Assembly (NCBI GenBank): GCA_965153355.1
Contig: OZ231126.1
Location: 29,450,001-29,514,000 of the forward strand
Direction: 5' to 3'
DNA: 64,000 nt
From: Flaccisagitta enflata
Taxonomy: Eukaryota
Within the stretch, counting starts at the first letter, position 1, and every line of letters begins with the position of its first letter. The notes below the pieces were generated by a model. That model saw nothing but the letters and a program-made list of their open reading frames with translations. It was not told the origin of the DNA and did not search any database. This document shows, piece after piece, positions 1-29,429 of the stretch. A program made the position numbers and the translations under genes.

Positions 1-1180
<1,180 letters not shown>

Positions 1181-1188
1181 GTCCACAG

Positions 1189-16396
<15,208 letters not shown>

Positions 16397-17539
16397 TCAT
16401 GTTCAAAGGCGAAATGACAATTGCCCATTTTCTACAAACTCTGCTCTATGCACGCTTGCGACTTTTTTTTTTTTTTTTTTTTATAAAATGTAACATCGTT
16501 CTGTGCGTCTATCGATGAATCGGTCGGTTCGTATGTAACTTATTCGAGCGGTTCCCGCATAACTGTCCTCTCCCCCCCCCCCCAACCGCTCGCAAATATA
16601 TCAGTCATGGCTGTTTCTTTCGAGAAACCAGATTTTTACTTTCTGTTGTAGATTGTTTCATGTTCCATTGCGGTTTAGGATGCTTTACAATGTTAAACTT
16701 GCGAAGCCTAAGCCATTGAGAAGTCTGCAAGCCGCTTTCCGCCAGTTGGTTTCTATTTTTCAGTTGCGGACACGCGCAACTCTAAAACCTGCCGTGTCGG
16801 TCTGTCGGTCGGTCCGGCACATTTCTGTTTATTGGGGTTTTCCGCTCCTACCCAGTACCCACCCGTCTGCGACAGGGAAAGTGTGTAACACATGTGCAAA
16901 AATTAGGCGGAAAAGGATTGTTTGAGTACAGATTAAGTGTAACAACTGCTGTCAAAACCCATAAAACTCCCTCAAATGAACTAATGTGCCTCATTTCATG
17001 AATTTGGAAATTGGGCACGGCTTTAATGTCCTGCGAACCTCGTTTTATGGTGATTTGCCAGTAATTCCTCAAGGGCAACAATTTCAGAAATGAATTTTTT
17101 CTTCACTTTATTCAACTGCATGTAGTTCAGGATTGACCATCCTATGGGGCAAAAACTGCGCGCTTCCAGAGTCAGCTTACTTTTTGATACTCTACCCTAC
17201 AAATATCTGACAAATTTGCTACTCTTTTTCCTCGCAGGGTGCTATAAATGCCTTGTAATGATGAGCAAATTTTTGAAGCATGAACATGGGAAAAATCGGC
17301 AACATTTTGATATCGCAATTATGACATAAGGGTTGAATTAGGCAACATATGAATTGAATCGAAATCAAATCTTCTTACTACCCAAAAGTACCACCAAATA
17401 GCTCTCTTCAGTAGAGCCGTGCGAGGAAATCGATAAGTTAGATCGTGTGGCAATTTTTCACTACTAATCGTGGGCAGGTTTTGCCTACCTAAAACCGCCA
17501 TTGATCGATTACCTATCTTTGTCTACCAGCATGTAACTG

Positions 17540-17578
<39 letters not shown>

Positions 17579-17729
17579 CTCTCTGACTCTCTCTGACTCT
17601 CTCTGGCTCACTTCGCGACTAAACAATAGCACTTCCGGACTTCATGGACCACACTTCAAGTGATCAAGTGATCGCGTTGTATGATAACCAAATTGATTGC
17701 ACCTGTTTCAGTCAATTCATGAATGATGC

Positions 17730-17806
<77 letters not shown>

Positions 17807-19569
17807 CATTTTGTGCTTTTTTTTTAATTATCTTTGGCATAAAAAAAAAATGAGATAGAGAAAAAAAAATGGAAACAAAATTGCTGAATACAAGTAAAAT
17901 GGTTTTCTTAAAGTCAATCAAAAACAAAGTGCAATTCAAACCAATGTATAACATTATAAGTAGCACATTGTATGAGAAGCAACAAGTGATAAATGCCCTG
18001 AAAAACTAGAAACCGGAAACCGGAAACCGCGGTTTTAGCGCCATCCGGAACCGGAAGTCGCCTGGCGATTAGGAGGTGCGTCGAAATCGCGTTGAAATCG
18101 TGGCGGAAATGCTCTGCCGCAAGGGTCTACTCTTCAGTCCAAATTCCATGTTACTGGAGCTATTTTTATTATGGAAACTACATCTTTACATTTTCCGCCT
18201 AATTTTTGCACTTGTGTTACGACCTTGTTTTTTTTTTGCGTTCCATTTTTCAGTTGCCGATACGCAACTCTATAAGCAAAGTGTTGGTTGGTCAGTCAGG
18301 TCATTGGTCCGTCATAAAGTCGTTGTTCGAGGTCGTCCGCTCCTGCCCAGTGCCCATCCGTCCGCGACTTTTTGTGTTTTTTAGTTTTTTTTCTATTATT
18401 ATATTCAGGAAAATATGTCCTACAGTCACTGTAGCTATGCTGTAAAAGACCAAAGATTGTTAGTTTGTATATTGGTTTATGGTATGCAACCGTTGACATT
18501 CCGAATTTCTATGTGTCTGCGAATATTGATCGCTCAACCTCATGGCCTTTACGTTCCAATCTCTTTGTTTTCAATTGTTAGCGTTATTAGCATAGATTTG
18601 TTGATGATTATAAATTGAAAGCATTATGCATTTGGAAAACTGTTTTTTCTCTCTACGGGCTTAGCATGTCCACCGCTAACATGGGGAGTATGTAAACATG
18701 CAATTGCGTGTTCGTATTTACTTGGGTGGCAAAAAAATGAAGTAGATAAAGCCTGAAGGTTACTCTTGATCTATTTTGATTCCACTTGATCCATTCTTCA
18801 TGATGACGTCATGAGCGTAACTTTTGAGTTTGATGCAGGCTCATTGAGTCAAGAAAACAGGGATACAATAAGCGTCTTGATTTGGGTATCGTGACTTAGT
18901 TTTGATACAGGCGCAGTTATTTAAGAAATATGGGATACAATAACCCTGAGTGTAGGAATTATGCACTGGTTCTATAATCTACATAGTCTATATTCTGAAT
19001 CAGCTTTGAAGGCCAAGGGGCAATGGTAATGCTTCGAAGGAGCAATGCTCCTGAACATTTAGAACTACAGACCCTAGATTGGTCCTATTCTGAAGAGTTT
19101 CCTAAACTATTCCAAACGCGTCCAATCTGGATACTAGCCTGTAGCTGTATCTGATCAGGAGCAGTGCTCTTTCAAAGTTGATTTAGAATATAGAGCCAGC
19201 TCAGATTTCTCTGCACAACCTGTTTAACGTCAGAATTAGGGCACTGTGACTTGTTTGAATGCAGGTGCAGTGAGTCAAGCAGTATAAGAATCAAAAAGAT
19301 TAATAAATGGGCATTAAGCATTGTTTTGACTCCTGGCACAATGCAATGAATCAGCGTTTGCTTATAATTTGAGTTAGCGTCACAGAGGCACTGTGTACAC
19401 TCTACAGTGCAGTGAGTCAAGAAGTATGGGATTAAAAGAACGTTATGATTAATAAGGATTAGTGTTTTGCTGTGGCACAGGATCAATGAATCAAGAAATT
19501 TGAAATTCAATGCGCTCCACGATTGGGAAACTGTGTCTTGTTTGGACTCTTTTATCGCCATGAGAGCGC

Positions 19570-19735
19570 CTTGCCCTATTTCGACTATGGCATCGCCATA
19601 AGGGCACCGTACCCTGTTTTGACTATTGCATCGCTATAAGGGCATGGCGCCCTGTTTTAACTACGGCATCGCAATTAGGGCACCGTGCCCTGTTTGGACC
19701 ATGGCATCGCCAAAAGGGCATCGTGCCCCGTTTTG
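19570..19735. repeat. ~38-bp tandem repeat, about 4 copies
   Basis: Unit ~GGGCACCGTGCCCTGTTTTGACTATGGCATCGCCATAA. Confidence 0.75.
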
Positions 19736-19879
19736 ACGCAGTGAGTCGAGAAATCGGGGATATGACGAAGAGAAGTGAATCTCATTTCGGGAAAATGAAG
19801 ACGAGAAGATCAAAAAAGAAAATAAGTCCATCATCAATTTAATCCCTCATGAAAGGCGCGAAGTTGCGTGATCTTAGGA

Positions 19880-19890
19880 TGGAGAGAGAG

Positions 19891-19963
<73 letters not shown>

Positions 19964-19994
19964 GAGAGAGAGAGAGAGATTGATTGATTGAGTG

Positions 19995-20030
<36 letters not shown>

Positions 20031-20031
20031 G

Positions 20032-20082
<51 letters not shown>

Positions 20083-20134
20083 GTGAGAGAGAGAAATATA
20101 TACTTCCACGAGACTGAGCCAGTCTAAGGGAGAG

Positions 20135-20232
<98 letters not shown>

Positions 20233-20762
20233 CAGACAGAAAGACAGACAGACAGACAGTAGCAGATACATAGGAAAACGAGTTTAAAAGAGCTGACAAA
20301 TAGAAGGAGAAGAGATGGGTAGACGAGCTGATAGAGACTGACAAACAAAGCAGTGTGACCGTGCGAGAGAAACACACGCACGTCGCACGCTATATTATGT
20401 CCGCAAGCATTTATAATTTGGTATCGAATATTTGTTACTTCAAGTAGTGTTTTACCGATCTCTCTAGTTCTTACCAAGGGACATGGTGACAATATGGCGA
20501 TGGACAATATGGGAATATTTAGAAAGGCCTCTCCGTTTTTAATTAGCCTTAGCGTATTTGTAAGTCTTGATAAATATCTGCTGTCAAGAATTAATTCCAT
20601 CAACAAAACGCAACTTTTAACGCGGCCCAAGAAGCCACGCATCTCTTCTTCTTCTTCTTCTTCTTCTTCTTCTTCTTCTTCTTCTCCTTCTTCTTCTTCT
20701 TCTTCTTCTTCTTCTTCTTCTTCTTCTTCTTCTTCTTCTTCTTCTTCTTCTCTCTTCATCTT

Positions 20763-20793
<31 letters not shown>

Positions 20794-21160
20794 TCTTCTT
20801 CTTCTTCATCTCCTTCTCTTCTTCTTCTCTTCTTCTTCTTCTTCTTCTTCTCTTCCGCCTTCTTTCTTCTTCTTCTTCTTCTTCTTCTTCTTCTTTCTTC
20901 TTCTTCTTCCTGTTCTCTTCTTCTTCTTCTTCTTCATCTTCTTCTTCCCGTTCTTCTTTTTCTTAATCCTTCATTCTTCCTCCTTTTCTTCTTCTCCCTC
21001 CCCTTGTTTTTCTTCTTCTTTTTTTCTTTTTCTTCTTATTCTCCTCCTCTTCTTCTTCTAGTTCTTCTTCTTCTTTTTCCTCCTTCTCTTCTTCTTCTTC
21101 TTCTTCTTCTTCTCCCACTCTTTCCGTCTGTCTCCCACTCTTCCTCCTCTTCCGCTTTTC
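19880..21160. repeat. (GA)n and (CTT)n microsatellite blocks
   Basis: Directly visible. Confidence 0.9.
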
Positions 21161-21724
21161 CTCATCTTCCGCTGTCCACGCCCTTAAAAGGAAAAGACGC
21201 TCCGCGCTCATCAAGTTTCCATCCAAAGAGATCTTCAAAGTAAGTACAATTTTTAGTCGACTCTATAACCCGCTTTGTCGGTCACATTCTACTTTTTTTT
21301 ATGATTCTATTTCTTTGGCCTCGCTGCTACTGCCCAAATGGTCTAGTGACCAAAAATATGGCCCCTGCCCATCCGCACGTGACTTAGGTAGCCGTGTATC
21401 CGGCCTTAATTTAAAGGATAGATGTGATGGGCCCGGATTAAGCACCAGTTAGAGCTCCAAAGGCTCTTGTCCTTATTTCAGATGTTGTTGTTGTACAACT
21501 TTCATACAGAATAAACCTAAATATTTTTCAGAAAATTCTTTAAGAGATCATGAAAAAAGCTATCTCAGGTGCTTGCTATATTTATTCCGTTTCATGCTTG
21601 AGCAAATAAAACAAAATGAAACTTTCACAATTTTCCGTTTACTAAGGTAATCCGTTTGTTGGTCATACTCATATAAATGATATCATGTATGGTATGAGTT
21701 ATATGAAATATCTATGTGTTATCG

Positions 21725-21990
21725 CCAACGCTGGCGCTAATGCCAGCATCTACGGCTCTACGCCAGCAGCTACGTAAGCGCCGATGCTAGTGCTGACGCT
21801 GACGCTAGCGCCGTCGCCAGCGCAGATTACAGCGCCGATGCCAGCGCCGACTCTTGCGCTGACACCGACGCCAGCGCCGATGCTTGCGCCAACGCTTGCG
21901 CTGACACCGACGCCAGTGTTGATGCCAGCACCGAGTCTTGCGTTGACACCAACGCCAGCGCTGACACCGACGCTAGCGCCGTCGCCGGCT
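21725..21990. repeat. Degenerate GC-rich hexamer-based tandem repeat
   Basis: GCGCCG/ACGCCA/GCGCTG units; no splice context seen. Confidence 0.7.
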
Positions 21991-22592
21991 GTGGGTTTTT
22001 GTTTTTCTTTCTTGAATGGAAACTGAATGAAATGTAAAAAGGTTTCTTTGTTTTACGTCGTTTTCTTTGAGGAGAGAAAAATATTATCTTAAAGACAAGA
22101 TCCAAGATGTAATGGAGGAAAAATAAAAAGAAGAAAGGAAAGAAAACAAATTCGTTGTCTTTTTTTATCTAGTCAGGGCGGGTATCTAATGTTGTCATTG
22201 TTGTTTATGTTTTTTTAAGTTGTTTGATACGCACTTAAATCTGGTACGCATTAAAAGAAAAAACAAAATAATAACAGAACACTCTATAAATTCCACCGCT
22301 AGAGCTGATTATCTCCATCCGATGATTTTTTTTTAATCAGATACCAGTAAAGTCGCCTTGCGCCGAAAAACAAGGCCGGATAGAAGGCAGGACAGTCGCG
22401 GACGGTTGGGCAGGGGCGGTACTGCAAAAACCCGCTTGCAACTTAAAAAGGTTACGGGACGGACCGACCGATCGACACAGCAAGGTGTAGAGTCGCGTGA
22501 CCGCGACCAAAAAGGCCTAAATGCGAGGTTTTGAAATTACAATTGCCTCGTCTGATTGTTGGCCTCGGTCTTTTGTTCTATGAGTACCTTTT

Positions 22593-25030
22593 GGGCAGCG
22601 GCCCCGAAGGGGACGATGTCCTGTAACAGGGTGTCCAGTAAATTGGGCAAAAATATAATTTCTTTAAAACCATACTTCTAAGCGACCCAATAAGCTAAAA
22701 TTTGGTATGTATCATCTTGATTAGTTCTTTTAGACCTTAGAATGCGCGGTTTTTGGGCAGCGGCCCCAAAGGGCCGATGTCCTGTAGAACACAGGGGGGA
22801 ATTTCCATACGTCCGTCCGTCCTTCCGTCCGTCCCCCCCCCCGTTGGCCATCAAGGCCTCAAATTTGCCCTCCCAGGCCTCAAATCAGCCTTCTAGGCTT
22901 CAAATCAGCCCCCCCCCGCCTCAAATCTGACCTACAGACCTCCGATCTGCCCTCCAGACCTTCAACTAGGCCTCCAAGCATCAAATCAGCCCTCTGTGGC
23001 TCAAATTTGCCCTCCAAACCTCAAATCCACTCTCAAAGCCTCAATTCTGCCCTCCAGCCTTCAAATATGCCTTCTTTGGCCTGAATCAGTCATCTATTGC
23101 CAGAAATGTGCCTCCTCAGGACGTATGGAAATTCCCCCCTGTGTTCTACAGGACATCGGTCCTTTGGGGCCGCTGCCCTGCTCTCACTCCACTTCTTCAC
23201 TGGATCACTCCCAGCAGGGCATCGGGTACCGCTGACCATGTGCGATCCTTGGATGACTAGTTCATATGTAGAATATATATATAATTTAGAAAGGAAACGA
23301 ATTATGCCTGGGACAAAGTTTCTAATTTTTTGAGATTTTTACCAATAAAACATGGCAGAGAATAGTTACTTTTTAGCTATGTTTCGCATCAAATTTGGTA
23401 TCCAAAATAGGGCAATAAATAGGTGGGTATACATCATTAAAGCAGGACAGTTTATCCATCCCCCTCAGCCTGGCCTGAAATCTGCCCTCTCAGGCCTGAA
23501 ATCTGACCTTTCAGGCCTGGAATCTGCCCTCTCAGGCCTTGAATCTGCCTTCTCAGGCCTAAAATCTACCCTCTCAGGCTTGAAATCTGTCTTCTCAGGC
23601 CTGAAATCTGCTCTCTCAGGCGTGAAATCTGACCTTTCAGGCGTGAAATCTGACCTTTCAGGCCTGAAATCTGCTCTTTGAGGCCTTGAATCTGCCTTCT
23701 CAGGTCTGAAATCTACCCTCTCAGGCCTGAAATCTATCCTCTCAGGCCTAAAATCTATCCTCTCAGGCCTAAAATCTACCCTCTCAGGCCTGAAATCTGC
23801 CCTCTCAGGCCTGAAATCTGCCCTCTCAGTCCTGAAATCTGCCCGCTCAGGCCTGAAATCTGCCCTCTCAGGCCTGAAATCCGCCCTCTCAGGCCTGAAA
23901 TCCACCCTCTCAGGCCTGAAATCCGCCCTCTCAGAGTTTGAATCTGAATAGGCAGATTTCAGGCCTGAGAGGGCAGATTTTAGCACTGTGAGGGCCTGGG
24001 GGGGAGATAAAAACAACAAACAAACAAACGAAAGTCCCCTGTGTTCTACAGGACATCGTCCCCTTCGGGGCCGCTGCCCTGCTTCTTTCCACTACAATTC
24101 ACAATCATGCAAAGCAGGGCATCGGGTATCGCTGACCACATATTGCCCTTGGGCGACCTGTTAGCTATGTTTCGCATCAAATTTGGTATCCAAAATAGGG
24201 CAATAAATAGGTGGATATACATCATTAAAGCAGGACAGTTCATCTTAATCAAAATAGGCTCAAGGCATTGAAGCAAGTCCGCTAGAATAATTTAAGATCA
24301 ACCCTCCATTTTCGTTCGTCCATCAAAGCTGATTTTTTCCAGATTACTTTAAGTGAAACTCTTCTTCCTTGTATTGATCTTTTAATATGGATTTTTGCGG
24401 CCTTTTGGATACTAGATATCCACTACTAACCAACCTTTATGTTTGACTATTACTTTGATGGAAAAGATCAGTTTAAGATAATCTTTCAATGTTCTGTATA
24501 AAATTTTGCCATATTTATTGGACACCCTGTTAGAACACAGGGGGACTTTCGTTTGTTTGTTCGTTCGTTAGTTTCTCCGTTCGTCCCCCCAGGCCCTCTC
24601 AGACCTGAAATCTGCCCTCTCAGGCCTGAAATTTATACTCTCAGGCCTGAAATCTGCCCTCTCAGGCTTTTTATCTGCCCTCTCAGGCCTGAAAGCTGCT
24701 CTCTCAGACATGACATCTGTCCTCTCAGGCCTGAAATCTGTCCTTACAGGCCTGAAATCTGTCCTCTCAGGCCTGAAATCTGCCCTCGCAGATTCAAGGC
24801 CTGAGAGGGCAGATTTCCGGCCTGAGAGGGTAAATTTTGGTAAATTTTTGGCCTGAGAGGACAGATTTCAAGCCTGAGAGGTTCTGGGGGGAATGAACAA
24901 ACGAACAAACGAAAGTCCCCCTGTGTTCTATAGGACATCGTCCCCTTTGAGGCCGCTGCCCTGCTTCCTCTCACTCCATTTCACAATTATTCATAGCAGG
25001 GCAACGGGTATCGCTGACCACATATTGCCC
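22593..25030 (+). mobile_element. DINE/Helentron-like family A copy (split by a later insertion)
   Basis: Starts TTTT|GGGCAGCGGCCCCGAAGGGGACGATGTCCTGTA..GAACACAGGGG, has internal 21-bp repeats (CAGGCCTGAAATCTGCCCTCT), an inverted copy of the start, then a hairpin tail TGCCCTGC..GCAGGGCA. Other copies at ~22755-23260, 23453-24160, 25066-25893, 30701-36772, 33230-33540, 46919-49876 and 60943-62270 (with 61111-61900 nested). Confidence 0.7.
22626..24530. mobile_element. Tc1/mariner-type non-autonomous element
   Basis: TA|ACAGGGTGTCCA...TGGACACCCTGT|TA; removing it and one TA restores the host motif GTCCTGTAGAACAC. Confidence 0.75.
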
Positions 25031-25476
25031 TTTCGCAAGCTGTAGCTGTTTGTTCCTTCAGTTTTTGGGCAGCGGCCTCAAAGGGCCGATGTCCTGTAGG
25101 ACACAGGGGGAATTTTGAGACGTCCGTCCGTCTGTCCTTCAGTCCTGCTGTCACCCCCTTGGCCATTGGAGCCTCAATTCTGCAGTCTCAGGCCTGATTT
25201 TGGCCCTCTGAGCCCTCAAATTAGCCCTTTCAGACATCAATTTAGCCCTTTAGAGCTCAAATCAGTTCTCAAGACCTCATACCTGCCCTCAAGACCTCAA
25301 ATCAGCCCTCCGGACCTCAAATCCGCCCTCCAGGCCTCAAATCAACTATTCAGGCCCCAAATTTGTCCTCCAGGCCTCAAGCCTGCCCCCCCAAACCTCA
25401 AATCTGCTCTTTTGACTGACTTCAAATCCACCTCAGGACGTTTCAAAATTCACCCCTGTGTCCTACAGGGCCGCTG

Positions 25477-25813
25477 CACCACGTAATCTGAGGTGGGATT
25501 AAAACCCGGGGTATACTCGGGTTTGCTTGGGTATGCTCGGGTATTGCTTGGGTATTGCTCGGGTATTGCTTGGCTATTGCTAGAGTATCACTTGGGTATG
25601 CCTTGGTATGCCTGGGTATGCCTGGGTATGCCCGGGTATTACTTTGGTATTGCTTTGGTATCGCTCGGGTATGCTCGGGTATGCTCCGGTATTGCTTGGG
25701 TATTGCCTGGGTGTTGCTTGCGTATTGCTAGGGTATTTTTTGGGTAAGCTTGGGTATGCTCCGGTATTGCTCGGGTATTAATCTCACATTTTACTATCAA
25801 AGATTACTAGGTG
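25477..25813. mobile_element. Transib-like MITE filled with 10-bp repeats (GGGTATTGCT-type)
   Basis: CGCTG|CACCACGTAATCT...AGATTACTAGGTG|CGCTG: CAC/GTG ends and a perfect 5-bp TSD. Confidence 0.75.
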
Positions 25814-25940
25814 CGCTGCCCTGCTCTCACTCCACTACTCCACTTGATCACTCCAAGCAGGGCATCGGGTACCGCTGACCATGGATGACTAGTTTTTCTC
25901 TGTCTGTCTGTCTGGCTGCCTCTCTCTCTTTCTCTCTCAC

Positions 25941-25978
<38 letters not shown>

Positions 25979-26601
25979 CAAATCCAACTGCATAATGTAG
26001 TGATGAGTTTTTAAGTAACATGTCTCAGAGACCACAGAATTTTTCTTGGCGCCCTCTGGAAGAGCATGGTCAACATTACTAGCCCTGTAAATTACATGCT
26101 TAGTCCCAAATGACCCCCATAACTTACCAACTTCCTCAGAAAGCCGTAAGACCTCATAAAGATGCTTCTCAAATCTAAGAGAAACGAGGCCGGATACACA
26201 GCTATCCCAGTCACGTATGGGTGGGCAGGCCCTGCCCACCCACACTGGGCAGGGGTAGTGAGCTGGTTTCTGGGGCATTTTCGCCAAAAAATTGAATCGA
26301 CCAATAGACCGACTCAACATACTGACCGACGGACCAACAGGCCGACATAGCAGGGTGCGGAGTCGCGTAGCACGCGACTAAACAAGCCCTGGCGGGCAAA
26401 TCGATGCATCTACGAGATATTGGAGGAGGCGTAACGGATGTACGTATGGACGGACGGACGGACGGACGGACGGACAGACCCTCTTGTAGAGATGCGATGA
26501 AGCATCTAAAAACAATTTTTTTTTACCGCATATGTATGGAGTCCATACTTATACGTTAATACTATGGACTGACTGTCCTGATTCTTTTGCATTGGCAGAA
26601 T

Positions 26602-29382
26602 ATGGAAATTCTTCGACATTTGTTCCTGATATTCGCTCTGGTAATCGTTTCCAACAACTGTGATGAAGCAAAGGTAATTGACTTATCATCCAAGGACCGC
26701 ATATGGTCAGCAGTTCCCATTGCCCTCCTAAGGATGATTACTGATTAGCCAAAGGAGTGATGAGAGCAGGGCAGTAGCTTTAATGAACAAATGTCCTTTA
26801 GAATATGTAAATTAACGATCGTCCATCCAGATCCTGATCTCATGCTTGAATTGAAGCCTGGGGATAAGAGGTCAGCTTTGGGGTTTGAGGGATCGCGTCT
26901 TGAGAGGGTTGATTTGAGACCTGAGATTAGGAAGGGCTGAGTTGGGGTCTGATAGGGCTAAATCGAGCTCCGAGGCCTGAGGTAGCTGAGACAGAGGCTT
27001 TGAAAGACTGGTTTGAGGCAAGCAGTACTAACAGATTTAGCACCTAGATGAGCAGTTCAAGGCCTGAGGGGCTGATCTGAACCCAGAAAAGGCTTTTTTG
27101 AGACTAGGCAGGGCTAGACCTGAGATGGGCAATATAGGGCTCGAAGGGCCTGATCAGTGATCAGGCATCGGAAATAACTAGGAGGACGTAGTGGGTGATG
27201 GATGGACATTTTGAAATTCGACCCTGATCTGAAGCCATCGTATCAAGCAAAAGTTCCGAAACGACTCGTGTATACCCTGTCTTCAGAAGCTACTGCAACC
27301 AGCAAAAAGATCTTTTGTGTGAAATCTATTCACATCTCATAATCCGCAACTGCTTCTGAAGACAGGGTTCGGCCATGAAGCTGAAGCTATAACATGAAAC
27401 CTTGTTTAGTATTCAGTTTTCCGGAGCTATCACAAAGTGATGATTGAAAAGATGGCTGTAACAATAGTAACAAAAGAGGGGTTACAATATCGCTTCGGAT
27501 GGGTGGGCAGGGGCGTCCAACCCCCATCCCATAACCCCACACATAAACATTCACAAAAAGTACTTGAAACACTCGTTTTCCCACTTTTTGACTAAATCAC
27601 CACGGACTGACGGACAGACCAACGGACGGACGGACGGACAAAGCCTCTTATAGAGTTGCCTGTCCGCAACTCACACATGGACGCAAAATACAGTGTGATG
27701 AGGCGCCAAAAGTTTTAGCACCCCCCCACTACAGCCAATTTGGCTGAATGAAAATTCATTTTGAAAATTGTTTTGAGTGACTAAGGGGAATATAAATGGC
27801 GTCATCAGAGGGGATTTTAAGATTGTATCTAGAACCTTGAAATTTATCACTTTTTACTCTATTTTTTATGTTTTTCTAAGAATGTATTTTTTATGAGTAA
27901 AACTGATAAATTTCAAGGTTTTAGTTACAATCTCAAAAGTCGCTCTGATGACGCCATTTGTATTCCCTCAAGTTACTCAAAAAATATATAATGAAAGTAT
28001 ATAATAGAAAATTTCAGTCAGCCAATATGGCTGTAGGGGGGTTCTAATTTTTTTTTGCTTTTGGCGCCTCATCACGTTCTATTTTGCGTCCATGTGTAAA
28101 AAATTAAAACTGCCGACAAATATTTTGGGAATCAAACGATGACAAAAGATCCAGGTTCAGGTGTGGAGTAGGATTATGGTTAATGAATCGATTAAACAAT
28201 ACACACTTCGAAAGACTTCGGAAGAAGCCTCATGAAAATACCATGTCATGAGACTTTGCATGGTGTTCACCAATACTATGGAGGAGGTCGGAAAAATAGG
28301 GGCAAAAAAATCTGTATTGTAGGAGTACAGTAAATGCCACCTAAAGTTAATGCACAAATATCATCTATTAGGGTAAAATTCAATTGATTTTGATCGTTAA
28401 ATTACCTACAGGTGCTTCTTCCTCAATACCTTACTTGTTCTTATCATGTCCCAGAGCATTGAAATACTAGTCCTTGTTGTCCTACAGTTGTTCCAGAGTT
28501 GTCCTGAAGTTGTCATAAAAGTGTATGTAGCTTAATCCAAGATATCAAGAAAATTACCTTTTAGCCAAAAGTATTTTTGAAAAATGTTTATTTTTTTTAC
28601 CAGAATATTCTTTGACTTGTCCTAGACTCATCCCATTTTGTCCTAGAAAAAATCACTTGTCATAGAGTTGTCCAAAGCTTATCCTAATTGTCCTTAAGTC
28701 ACAATAGTTGTCCTAAAGTTGTGCCAAATTTACCTTTGAGTTGCCTCTAATCAAAATATGAAGAAAACTCTCTTTCAGCCAAAAGTTAGTTTAAAAATGT
28801 TCATTGATTTTATCAGAATTGTCCCAGAGATGTCCAAGAGTTTACTTGAAATTATCCATGAATTGTCTCAGTTATACTAAAGTTGTCCAGATATTGTCTT
28901 AATTATCCTTAGGTTGAACATATTGTAACTTTCATTCAGATGCTGCCGCGATGCAAAATTGGCTACTAATCTCATGGTAAAAAATTGTTCCAAAGCTGCG
29001 TTACTTACGTCCTTCAGCCCATTTGCCGCTCGAAAAGAGCCATCTTGGGTCGACCACTTGATCACTCATTAACTATTTATTTTATGACATTCTTTTAACG
29101 GACTGTTTATTAGTGAATGTCTTTGTTTCTTTTACCAATAAAGGCGGCTCTCGCCGGCTGGAAAAAAGTCGTAAATGGGAGTCTTTTTTTTCATTGCATC
29201 TTCTTCTGTGTGCATCTCATGATGTCTGGTCGACTGCCTCCTGTTTTTGTCATTCAATCTGTCTCTCTGCGTCTCTTTTTTGGTCTTCCTTTGTCTTTGA
29301 GTGTGTGCGTGTGTGCTTGTGTGTGTGTGTGTCTCTCTCTCTCTCTCTCTCTCTCTCCCTCTCTCTCTCTCATTCTCTCTCT

Positions 29383-29429
<47 letters not shown>

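Noticed and set aside
23170-23262. Hairpin tail of family A as a self-cleaving ribozyme
   Set aside because: No hammerhead core (CTGATGA...GAAA) or convincing HDV-like pseudoknot could be traced by eye
23352-24019. ORFs with SGLKSAL / RPERADF heptad repeats (also 61096-61560)
   Set aside because: 21-bp internal repeats of the family-A element, with in-array stops in some frames
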